NCBI GenBank assembly: GCA_963704725.1
Contig: OY969934.1
Span: 544,001-608,000, forward strand
Reading direction: 5' to 3'
Source of the DNA: an uncultured Actinomycetes bacterium
GTDB taxonomy: Bacteria; Actinomycetota; UBA4738; HRBIN12
DNA: 64,000 nt
Shown here: positions 38,342-47,256 of the stretch, one piece after another
Layout: each line of letters starts with the position of its first letter
Numbering within the stretch: position 1 is the stretch's first letter
Made by a program: the position numbers and the translations under genes
Notes under the pieces: generated by a model
What the model was told of the DNA's origin: nothing
Database searches by the model: none
Seen by the model: only the letters and a program-made list of their open reading frames with translations

Positions 38342-41300
38342 CTACCGGGTCGGAACGGGAAACGCAAGGGCCTCGATGCCGAGCTCGGTCATCTTGGCCG
38401 TGTATGCGCGGTAGGCGCGTCTGGCCTCGCCGTGTCGTCCCGCCGCGGTGAGGCTGTCGATCAGCGCCAGGTGGGCGCGTTCGTCGAAGGTGTCTCGCTC
38501 CAAGATCCGGAGGAGGTACCGAGAGGCGGCGTCGTGGTCCCCTCGGGCGATGGAGTCCCTCGCGAGGGTTCGGGCCACTCCCACGTAGGCGTTCCGAGCT
38601 TCCTCGCGAAGCGCGATCGTCCATTCCTCGTACGGGTCTTCCGGCAGGAAGTCACCTGCATACGCGGCCTCGGCGGCGACCAGGCGGGCGGCGGCGTCCG
38701 GTGCTCGGTCGCGCCCCGACCGTAACCCTGCCGTGGCGTCCGGTAGGAACGATTCCACGTCCACCCAGACGTTCGCCAGGTTCAGACGGACGGTGTCGCG
38801 GTCGGCCGTCACGAATCGTTCCGCGTCGAACAGCTTGTCCGGATCGAGCACGCTTCGGAGCGTGGACAGGGCCACCGACAGCCGGCTCGACGTCTTCGTC
38901 GGATCCTCGTCGGGCCACATCGCCTCGATGAGCTCCTCGCGGTGCACGGGCTGGCCGCGCCTGGCCACCAGGAACTTCAGGAGCGAGCGCGCCTTGCGCG
39001 ATTGCCAATCCGTGAGCGGGACGGGGGCGCCGGAGCGGAGGACACGGAACCCTCCGAGGGAGTGGATGGCCACGGGGGGAACCTCCCGCGCCGCGACGGC
39101 TGCGCGGAGATCGCCCGCCGCCGCCGCGTATCGCCGCAGGCCGAGCTCCTGGAAGCGCCGTTCGGCCCGCTCAGCGAGCGCCAGCGATCCCTCGCCCGTC
39201 GTCAATCGAGCCAGGGCCAGATCCACGCGAGCCTCCCCGATGGGACCGCCCAGCTCCCGCCAGATCGCGCGGGCCTCTTCCAGCCGGTGCCGCTCCTGCT
39301 CGGGATGGAGAGACGAGAGCGCTTGAAGCTCGAGCGACTCGGCGACGGCGGCCCGGTCCCGGCGGCTCCTCGCCACCGTCGCTGCCTCGTCGGCCCGGGA
39401 CGCCGCTTCCGCACGATCGTTCCGAGCGAGCGCACCCCACCCGGCCGCCAGCAGCGCCCCCTGCTGCGACAGCACGGCGCCGTAGCCCACCGCTCGCTCG
39501 GCCAGCCGGGCCGCCTCCTCAGGCTCCTCTTCCGCCAGGATCCTCGCCAGTCCCGACAGGGCGGGTACCAAACCCTGGACGTCGCCCGATCCCTCCGACA
39601 CCGTCAGCGTCTCTTCGTACGCGGCGCGCGCCAGCGCCAGATCCCCGCGTTCCCTGAAGACGTCGCCGAGCAGCCCGAGCGGATAGCCGATCATCCGCGA
39701 GCCCAGCCGCTGGTAGATGGCCTTCGCGGCCTCGAGATCCGCCACCGCCTCGTCCATCCGACCCATCCGGAACAGCGCGTCGCCGCGATTGGTCAGGGAG
39801 AGGGCCTGGAACCAAGCGTACCCGGCCAGCTCGGCCAGCTCGATCGCCACGCCCAACTCGTCGAGGGCCTGCTCGAAGTAGCTCTCCTCGATCAAGCGAG
39901 AGCCGCGATTGCCGCGGATCCGGATGATCTGGAGCGCGTCGCCCGCCCGTTCGGCGTGATCGAGGGCCCGCAGGTAATGCGCATCGTTCGCTCGGCGATC
40001 GCTGTCGACGGCCGCCACCATCGCCAGCACGGTGTGTGCGATGGCGAGCGCGCGGTCGTCGTGCAGCCCTCGGGCGATGTCGAACGCACGTTGCGCGAGT
40101 GCGCGGCACTGGTCCATCTCGCCGCGAAGCCATCGCACGGACGCCGTCCACGCAAGGAGCGTCGCTCGGTCGGCCGAGTCCTCACCCACAGGCAAGCCAC
40201 GCGTGTACGCGGCCAGGGCCTCGTCCAGGTCGCCGCGGAGATGATGGATGAGCCCCATCCGCCAGGCCACGGCTGGGTCCAGGGGGCCCTCGCCCGCGAT
40301 CCGCCGGTAGCACTCGAGCGCCCCGTCCCAGTTCCCCCGGATCTGATGTGCCTCTCCCACCACCTGCTCCACGGCCGCCGACCGCATCGCCTCGGGGAGC
40401 CGAGCGGCCGCCGCCACCACCGCCCCCGCGGCGCCGGAGGCAAGGAGCGCGGAGCCATGCTCGGCCAGCACTCGCGACGCCCCCGAGAGATCGTCGATCT
40501 CGCACAGGCACGACAGCGCTTCGGCCGCTCGTCCGTTCGCTTCGAACCACAGGGCCGCTGTTTCGAAGAGTCCGGCCCGTGCCTGGGGTTCCAGGGGCAA
40601 GCGCTCCAAGACGAACTCGCGGACCAACGGGCTCAGCTGGTACCAGCCCTCCTCCCCCCGGGGCTCGACGAAGAGGCCTCGCCGATCCAGGCCGATCAGC
40701 AGCTCGCGCGCGCCATCGATGCCGAGCGCCTGGGCGAGCCCATCGGTGAACCGCTCCAGGGGCGCGACGGTGCGGACCAGAGCGGTGACCTCCGGAGCCT
40801 CACGGGCGAAGACCTCCTCCGCCAGATAGGAGAAGACGGGACCTCCCGGCCGCCCGACCCGCTCCAGCTCCCGGGGCCGCTCCTTCGCCGGCACCGTCCG
40901 AAGTGCCTCCGCCGCGAGTCGCACCGCCACGGGCCATCCCTCCGTGACCTTGCGCATCGGCACCACGAGGTCGAGCGATCCCTCGCCCAGGAGGCGACGA
41001 AGGACCTCGGAGGTCTCGTGGTCATCGAAGGCCAACGCGGCCCCGGTGATCTCCGACACGTCCCCGCGCCCACGCATGCGTTCGACGGAGAACGGGGGAT
41101 TCTCTCGCGATGACAGCACGATGTGCAGGCGAGGGGGAGCCTGACGGCACAGACCCTCGATCAGCGCCATCGATGGGTCATCGGCTCGCACCTCGTGCAC
41201 GTCGTCGAGGATCAGCGTCAGGTCCGATCGAAGGTGCTCCTGAAGGGCGCCACACAGCAGCGCGGCGAAGGCCGGAGCCCGGACGGCCCCATCCCTCTCG

Positions 41301-41690
41301 GCCTCGGGGCCGCGGGCGGAGTCCCGGCCGAGGGACACATCGCGGGTCAGGCCGGGCACTCGCAGGCGGAGCGCCTCGAGCAGGCCGGCGGCGAGCGCGT
41401 CGAGGTCACGATCCTCAGCGGTGAGCGTGTACCAGGCGCCGTTACATCGCTCGACCCATTGCCCCAAGAGCGTCGACTTCCCGTAGCCGGCCCCCGCGAC
41501 GACGATGGTCAGCCGAGCCTCGGCCGCTTCGCGCAGCCGGCTCTCCAGGGCCGCTCGGGGGACGACGTGTTGCCTGGGTCGCGGGCGGAAAGACCTTCGT
41601 GCCGAGCAGCGCCGGCGGCGGCGAGACCGAGGTCCCCGTCGTCTCGAGATCTCGGGGACCGCCTTTGCGGCTTCGATCGTCTCGCACCAT
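38342..41690 (-). CDS. Large MalT-like regulator: P-loop NTPase + TPR + C-terminal winged-helix/BTAD; frameshift near 41585
   Basis: N-terminal ALLGTKVFPP from ATG 41690 joins AGAGYGKSTLL, LILDDVHE and TEGWPVAVRL. Then TPR repeats, SLGGFRV, WQSRKARSLLKFL, LSTLRSVL, YAGDFLPED.YEEW and DERAH. Confidence 0.88.
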
Positions 41691-41809
41691 GCGCGTTGAC
41701 CCCCGGGAGGTGCAAATGATAGCCCGCCGCCGTTGCGGCCCACCCGGGGTGACCGGCCGATGGATCGGCCCTCATCCGATTCCGTCCGGACCGCCACGAT
41801 CTCGATGCG

Positions 41810-41853
41810 CCTTCACCCCGCGCGAAGCCTGCGCGAAGGTGGTGCGTCAGTCT
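41810..41853 (+). promoter_or_regulatory. Tandem 11-bp repeat CCCGCGCGAAG-CCTGCGCGAAG plus -10-like CAGTCT
   Basis: Repeats at 41817-41838, 9-nt spacer, CAGTCT at 41848-41853, upstream of the secreted-protein operon. Confidence 0.75.
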
Positions 41854-41908
41854 CCCGAGAAGTACCGGGTCAGAGAGGCTCGGGAGCTCAGGAAGGGGAG
41901 GTGGAACG

Positions 41909-42406
41909 ATGGAACGAGCACGCAGACCCTGGGTCCAGGCGGCAGTGATCTTGACCACGGCAAGCGCGGTGGGGTGGGCGCTCGTGGCGGCTCCGGCGGG
42001 CGCGAGCTCCGGGCTCACCAGGAAGGACGTGCGGAAGATCGCCACCAGGGTCTTCCACGCGAACGCGGCGGCGCTCGAGGATACGTGCCCCTCCGGTACG
42101 GAAGCGGCCGCCGGCAGCTGCGTCGAGACGACCACGCGGGGGCAGGCCTCCTGGGTGAACGCGAACAGGAACTGTGGGGACCTCGGCCGTCGACTTCCGA
42201 CGCCGGGAGAGCTCGTGGCGGCGTTCAGCACCCCGGGCATCACACCCGCGACCGAGATCACCTCCGACATCTACATCTCCGACGGCAGCGGGTCGACGTT
42301 CACGCAGATCATGGCGGTGGTCACCGCGAGCAGCAGCATCGGCGGTCAAGCCGATCTCAGCACGGTGGCCAGCTACCGGTGTGTGGCGCCGATGTCGAAT
42401 GCCTGA
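41909..42406 (+). CDS. Secreted Cys-containing protein (C-type-lectin-like fold suspected)
   Basis: Signal peptide; CPSG..GSCVE..W..A...C...GRRLPT..EL..YRCV pattern; GGAGG RBS. Confidence 0.7.
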   Translation: MERARRPWVQAAVILTTASAVGWALVAAPAGASSGLTRKDVRKIATRVFHANAAALEDTCPSGTEAAAGSCVETTTRGQASWVNANRNCGDLGRRLPTPGELVAAFSTPGITPATEITSDIYISDGSGSTFTQIMAVVTASSSIGGQADLSTVASYRCVAPMSNA

Positions 42407-43487
42407 ATCGCGACCCGGCGGCGGGCCGAGGCGCTTCGCGGCCGCCGCCGGGGCCGCGCTGGTCCTCGTGTGGGCCGGGGTATCGTCCGTCCCCGCCTCG
42501 GCCTCGCTTCCCGTGGCGTTCCCCGACGGCCAGTGGCACGGGACCTCGCTGTACGGCGGCGCCATCAGCAAGGCGGACGTCTCTGCCACGGCGTTCGGCG
42601 ATGTGACGTTCGACCTGACCGTGTCGAACGGCGAGGTGACCGACGGCACCCTGAGCGTCGGCATGTCTGCCACCGGCACGTCGTCCACGGCGACCGCGGA
42701 TCTCACGATGACGGGAACGCTCTCGATGGGCGGCACCGCCGCGACCGTCGAGTTCGCCGGCCCCGTGACCGTGAAAGGGTCGGCGTCGTCCGGGGCGTTC
42801 ACGGTCCCGATCGAGTTCACCGCGACCGATCACGGGACGTTCTCGCCCTCGTACGTGACCTGCAATCAGGTCACGGGGGATCTCGCGGTCCAGGCGCGGC
42901 ACGTCCAGCAGGCGGCGGGCTTCGCGACCACCGTCACGGGGCCTTTCGTGGCGGTCCGGACCGCCGGCGGGGCCGGGGCCGTGGACGAGGTGATGGGCAA
43001 GTACCACTCGCTGAACGACGCGATGCTCGACGCGCTCGGGGGCGATCCCTCACCGGAACAGGTCATCGAGCTGGCCCAGCAGTACGAGGCGCTGGCCGCT
43101 GAGCTTGCCTCGATCGGCGCGTGTGAGTCGCTTCCCGCCGGGTTCGAGTCGGGCCTTTCGGACAAGATGATCGGCGCGTTCTTCCAGGACCTGCTGCAGA
43201 AGGCCCTGGATCATCCGGAGATGTACTCGGCGCAGGCGTTGTTGTCGTTGCTCGGATCGGGCCTGCGGATGGACGCCGTCGGCAACGACGTCGCCGGCTC
43301 GGGACCCTACCAGGCGTTCGCGAAGAACCTGCTGGCGGAGTTCGAGGCCACCCTGGAGTCGAAGCTCCAGGCGGCGGCCAAGGCCGGCGACTCGCAGACC
43401 GTCCTGGACATCCTCGTCGGTGCCCAGCAGTACGGCCTCGACGAGCTGGCGAACGAGGCGCAGGGCCTGCTGGCCACCGGAGGATGA
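42399..43487 (+). CDS. Secreted hypothetical protein (beta-rich N-terminal domain, helical C-terminal domain)
   Basis: ATG overlaps the upstream gene end. Signal peptide ending ASA; Thr/Gly-rich beta region followed by an amphipathic helical region. Confidence 0.75.
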   Translation: MPESRPGGGPRRFAAAAGAALVLVWAGVSSVPASASLPVAFPDGQWHGTSLYGGAISKADVSATAFGDVTFDLTVSNGEVTDGTLSVGMSATGTSSTATADLTMTGTLSMGGTAATVEFAGPVTVKGSASSGAFTVPIEFTATDHGTFSPSYVTCNQVTGDLAVQARHVQQAAGFATTVTGPFVAVRTAGGAGAVDEVMGKYHSLNDAMLDALGGDPSPEQVIELAQQYEALAAELASIGACESLPAGFESGLSDKMIGAFFQDLLQKALDHPEMYSAQALLSLLGSGLRMDAVGNDVAGSGPYQAFAKNLLAEFEATLESKLQAAAKAGDSQTVLDILVGAQQYGLDELANEAQGLLATGG

Positions 43488-43969
43488 TGGCGATGCGAGT
43501 TGGGATCAGGAGGCTGACCGCGCTCATGACCGTGGCGGCGGCGCTCGCCACGGCCGCCGGATGCACGGCGGCAGCCGACGGTGCCTCGAGCGGCGACGGT
43601 GGTTCGGACGGGAGGACGACCGGAGGCGGGGGATCCACGGAGTCGAGCTCGGCGATCTCCGCGCCCGGGGTGGACTCGGTGGTGGAGCTTCGTGGGCCGG
43701 CCGAGACCGGGGCCGGGTCGATCCCGACGTTCGAATGGTCCGCCGTCGACGGCGCGGGAGCGTATCGGCTCGTGGTGAAGGACGCCCAGGGAAACGCCAC
43801 GTGGGCGTGGGAGGGAACCGACACCGCGATCGCGTTGGGGGCCGTGCCCGACCGTGAGGAGGGCGACGGTGGTCCGATCCTGACCGAGGGATCGTTCTGG
43901 AGCGTGGTGGCGCTCGACGGCGAAGGTCACGTCGTCGCCGTCAGCGAACTACGTCCCGTCTCTCCCTGA
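43484..43969 (+). CDS. Hypothetical lipoprotein with Fn3/Ig-like domain
   Basis: Lipobox TAAGC, Gly/Ser linker, PTFEWSAVDGAGAYRLVV..WSVVALD. ATGA overlap. Confidence 0.75.
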   Translation: MMAMRVGIRRLTALMTVAAALATAAGCTAAADGASSGDGGSDGRTTGGGGSTESSSAISAPGVDSVVELRGPAETGAGSIPTFEWSAVDGAGAYRLVVKDAQGNATWAWEGTDTAIALGAVPDREEGDGGPILTEGSFWSVVALDGEGHVVAVSELRPVSP

Positions 43970-44367
43970 GGAGTCGTGGAGAGGGACATGCCGATGGGTG
44001 CGGGCATCGTATCGCGTCGCTCGACCGGGGCCTGTGCCGTTCCCAGCTGCCTTCACCGACATCAGCCCGGACGACGACGGGCCGCTGCCCGGGATCTCCC
44101 CAGGCCGTTCTTCGCGTACTTCGACCACGATGCGGGCGGGCGCGTTGCAGGCGATCGACATCGGGTCCGTTGGGCGCGGCGTATGGCGCGTCATGTTGGC
44201 CGCGTAGTGGGGCGCCCATGGAACGCCACAGTCCAACGGCTGATCGTCGACGGCCTACGCGGAGCGTGAAGTCGTTCGTTGCACTCCGCGTGATGCGAGC
44301 TCATCACGCTCGGAACACGGGAGGGGGAGGCCCGCTCCTTCATGGCACCAGAACCTGTTGCTCGTAG

Positions 44368-44459
44368 CGGAGGCGGACGGGAATCGAACCCGCCTGGGAG
44401 CTCTCGCCCCCACACCGGTTTTGAAGACCGGGGGGCCCACCAGGCGCCCTGACGCCTCC
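44368..44459 (-). tRNA. selC: tRNA-Sec (anticodon UCA)
   Basis: GGAGGCG acceptor pairing with CGCCTCC-G, anticodon arm CCGGT-CTTCAAA-ACCGG, long variable arm, GGTTCGATTCC T-loop. CCA not encoded. Confidence 0.93.
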
Positions 44460-44569
44460 GCTCCGCAGGATATCCGGCTCGACCTTAGCTCCGGCACGGG
44501 TTCGGCTTGGTCGGCGGTTATCCCGTGCCTTCCTACGCTTGGCCCGTCACCGATGGAGGAGGGGCCGAG

Positions 44570-44962
44570 ATGAGGAAGATGATGGTGATCGCGCTCGCGA
44601 GCTCGATCGCGCTCGTGGCGCCGGCGACCATCGCCCTGGCGCAGGGCGGCGGCGGGGGCAACGACGTCGTCGAGCGCGGCTCATGCAGCGGCAACAGCGA
44701 GTGGAAGCTCAAGCTCTCGCCCGACAACAGCGGGATCGAGGCCGAGTTCGAGGTCGACCAGAACGTGTCCGGCGATCGCTGGCGGGTCACGATCCGTCAC
44801 GACGGCGACGTGGCGTTCCGGGGCCGGCGGACGACCGGCGGTGCGAGCGGGTCCTTCGACGTCCGGATCGTCGAGAACGACCACTCCGGGACCGACGCGT
44901 TCCGGGCCCGCGCCCGCAACGTCTCGACCGGCGAGGTCTGCGTCGGGACCGCATCGATCTAG
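44570..44962 (+). CDS. Secreted hypothetical protein (two-Cys beta-sandwich)
   Basis: GGAGGAGG RBS, signal peptide, GSCSG.SEWKLK..IEAEFEVD..GEVC. Confidence 0.75.
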   Translation: MRKMMVIALASSIALVAPATIALAQGGGGGNDVVERGSCSGNSEWKLKLSPDNSGIEAEFEVDQNVSGDRWRVTIRHDGDVAFRGRRTTGGASGSFDVRIVENDHSGTDAFRARARNVSTGEVCVGTASI

Positions 44963-45042
44963 GGTCTGCGCCACCTCCGATCCGCGAACCTGTCGAGGAG
45001 CCTGCCGGGAAACGTCGGCAGGCTCCTCTAGCATCTGGGGTG

Positions 45043-45852
45043 ATGGAAGCGGCGTTCTTCGACCTCGACAAGACGATCATCTCCCGGTCGTCCTCGCTCG
45101 CGCTGTCCCGGCCCATGTACCGCGCGGGCATGGTCACGCGCGGGCAGCTCGTCCGCGGGGCGTATGCCCAGCTCGTCTACGCGCTCGTCGGCGCCGACGA
45201 GCGCAAGATGGAGCGACTGAAGGACGGCATGCTCCAGCTGACGAAGGGGTGGGACCGACAGGACGTCGAGCGCCTGGTGCGCGAGGTGCTGGTCGAGGTG
45301 ATCGACCCCTACGTCTACCAGGAGGCCATCGACCTCATGGCCCTGCACCGGTCCGAAGGCCGGCAGATCTACATCGTGAGCAGCTCTCCCGAGGAGGTCG
45401 TCCGTCCCCTGGCGAGCCATTTCGGCGTCTCGGGCGTGATCGCGACGCGGGCCCGGATCGAGGACGGACGCTATACGGGAGATCTCGAGTTCTACTCGTA
45501 CGGCGAGTCCAAGGCCGAGGCGATCCGCTCACTGGCCGAGCGCATCGGCCTCGACCTCGAGGGCTCGTACGCGTACACCGATTCGATCACCGACCTTCCG
45601 ATGCTCGAGGCGGTCGGCCACCCCGTCGCCGTGAACGCGGACCGGGAGCTTCGCAAGGAGGCCGAGACCCGGGGCTGGGATATCCGCGACTTCCGCCGGC
45701 CGGTGCGGATGCGGACGCGGATCGCCCAGACCGCCACGCATCCTCGGACGCAGGTCGCCGCCGGCGTCGTCGCGGCCGGCGTGGCGGCGGCGATCCTCGG
45801 CTACCTCGTCCTGCGCTCCAAGCTCGCGCCGCGCTCCGCCGACGCCGCCTGA
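45043..45852 (+). CDS. HAD-IB family hydrolase (Rv3661-like)
   Basis: AAFFDLDKTIISRSS, IVSSS, YGESKAEA, YAYTDSITDLPMLEAVGHP, C-terminal TM helix. Confidence 0.92.
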   Translation: MEAAFFDLDKTIISRSSSLALSRPMYRAGMVTRGQLVRGAYAQLVYALVGADERKMERLKDGMLQLTKGWDRQDVERLVREVLVEVIDPYVYQEAIDLMALHRSEGRQIYIVSSSPEEVVRPLASHFGVSGVIATRARIEDGRYTGDLEFYSYGESKAEAIRSLAERIGLDLEGSYAYTDSITDLPMLEAVGHPVAVNADRELRKEAETRGWDIRDFRRPVRMRTRIAQTATHPRTQVAAGVVAAGVAAAILGYLVLRSKLAPRSADAA

Positions 45853-45890
45853 TCGAGTCGCGCTGGCCGAACCCCGGGTGTAAGGTCGAG

Positions 45891-46027
45891 GTGTCGCCTT
45901 CGGGCGATACGCGAAGGGAGCAGAAACCCACGCGCGTCCTGCCGCGGGAGGCATGCCCGAGGCCCGACGGCTCGTCCGGCGGGTCCCCGGCACGTGCAGA
46001 TTGCGCATGTTCGCTGCTCCCTTCGCG
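45891..46027 (+). ncRNA. Compact Ms1-like RNA candidate
   Basis: TAAGGT at 45881; 5' cUUCGg hairpin 45891-45910; perfect 14-bp closing stem 45910-45923/46014-46027; position directly after an Rv3661-like HAD gene. Confidence 0.65.
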
Positions 46028-46056
46028 CGCGTCCGGGCTCTGATCGGCGGAGCGCG

Positions 46057-47256
46057 TCAGGGGACGGCCGGCGGGCGGCGGTACTCGAAGTGCATGCCGT
46101 CGGGCAGGATGAACGTCCCGCCCCAGATGAACCCCCAGTCCTCGAACACCCGGACCATCCGCGGGTCCTGGTTCGGCTCGGCGCCGAAGGGGTTCTGCGG
46201 CACGTTGATGTCGAGGGCGATGCCCCAGGAGTGGTGGGAGAGGCCGGCGCTCCGGATCCGGTTGATGTGCCGTGGGGCGAAGCACCCCGAGTAGCTCGTG
46301 ATCGTGTCCTGCAGGCCGAGGTCGACGATCTCGTGGATCGCCCCGCGGATCTGCGGGAACAGCGCGACGTTGCACGTCACCGAGCCGAGCAGCGCCACGT
46401 GGCGCGTGGCGATGTGCGTTCGGACCCATGCCGGGTCGAGCGTGAGGAACCCCGGCAGACCCGGCCGCGGCTTGGCGGCGAACTCGCCGAACAGCTCCTT
46501 GATCGCGACCGGCGGCAGCACGGCGTCGCTCTGGCGGAAGTACGGCGTGTCGCCGGGGGCCCGGACGCGCACGAGCGTTCCGGGAGGCAGGACCTGCCGG
46601 ACGGCCTTGGCCAGCCGGCGGACGGTGGGCTCGTCCTCGGGCACGAGCAGGGCGTAGCGATTGTGGGTCACGCCGATCCGCCGCCCGAGGTCTCGCGAGA
46701 CGAGGAGCTCGTGCGCGCCGACGAGCTCGTCCGGCAGGATCGCCGCAACCTCGATCCGCACCTCGCCGAACTGCAGGACCGCGCCCGGTCCGAGCCCCCG
46801 CAGCTTGGCGCTCGACTCGCCGAGGATCCCCTGCCCCTCCTCGAGCGCCACGGTGACGCCGCGATCGGCGGGCGGAAGGAACGGGGCGTACGCGCGGGGT
46901 CCCACGGCGGCGACCTCGAGCGGGATGGCGAACGTCCGCGGTGGGTCGTCCACGACCTCGCCGCTCTCGTCGAACGAGCGCGTCAGCCACGTGTTGTCGC
47001 TCGCCACGACCACCGCGCGGCGGATCTCGGGCATCGCGGCGACGGCCTCCCCGAAGCCGCGCGGCAGCCCGCCGGGCGTCCAGACGAGGAACGTGTCGGG
47101 GCTCTCCGGGGTGGTCGCGAACGTCGGGGGCGACGCGACGCCCGGCCCGTCGATCGTCACCGCCGCCGTGCCCTGGATCGCGAGGGTGAGCGCCGTGCCG
47201 GCGACGAACCCCACGAGGGCCGCGCCGGTCACGCCGCCGGCGCGCCGGAGGCTCAT
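46057..47256 (-). CDS. Membrane-anchored M15 family metallopeptidase (D,D-carboxypeptidase/endopeptidase-like)
   Basis: GCFAPR, LSHHSWGIALDIN, FEDWGFIWGG, DGMHFE. Start ATG 47256 overlaps the upstream stop. Confidence 0.85.
   Translation of the reverse strand: MSLRRAGGVTGAALVGFVAGTALTLAIQGTAAVTIDGPGVASPPTFATTPESPDTFLVWTPGGLPRGFGEAVAAMPEIRRAVVVASDNTWLTRSFDESGEVVDDPPRTFAIPLEVAAVGPRAYAPFLPPADRGVTVALEEGQGILGESSAKLRGLGPGAVLQFGEVRIEVAAILPDELVGAHELLVSRDLGRRIGVTHNRYALLVPEDEPTVRRLAKAVRQVLPPGTLVRVRAPGDTPYFRQSDAVLPPVAIKELFGEFAAKPRPGLPGFLTLDPAWVRTHIATRHVALLGSVTCNVALFPQIRGAIHEIVDLGLQDTITSYSGCFAPRHINRIRSAGLSHHSWGIALDINVPQNPFGAEPNQDPRMVRVFEDWGFIWGGTFILPDGMHFEYRRPPAVP

Noticed and set aside
25100-44367. Intact integrative element at selC
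   Set aside because: No integrase, relaxase or phage genes, and no duplicated tRNA 3' end seen by eye, so it is not called as a mobile element.
43941-44415. Several short ORFs between the lipoprotein gene and selC
   Set aside because: They overlap in conflicting frames and have no convincing RBS or recognisable motif.
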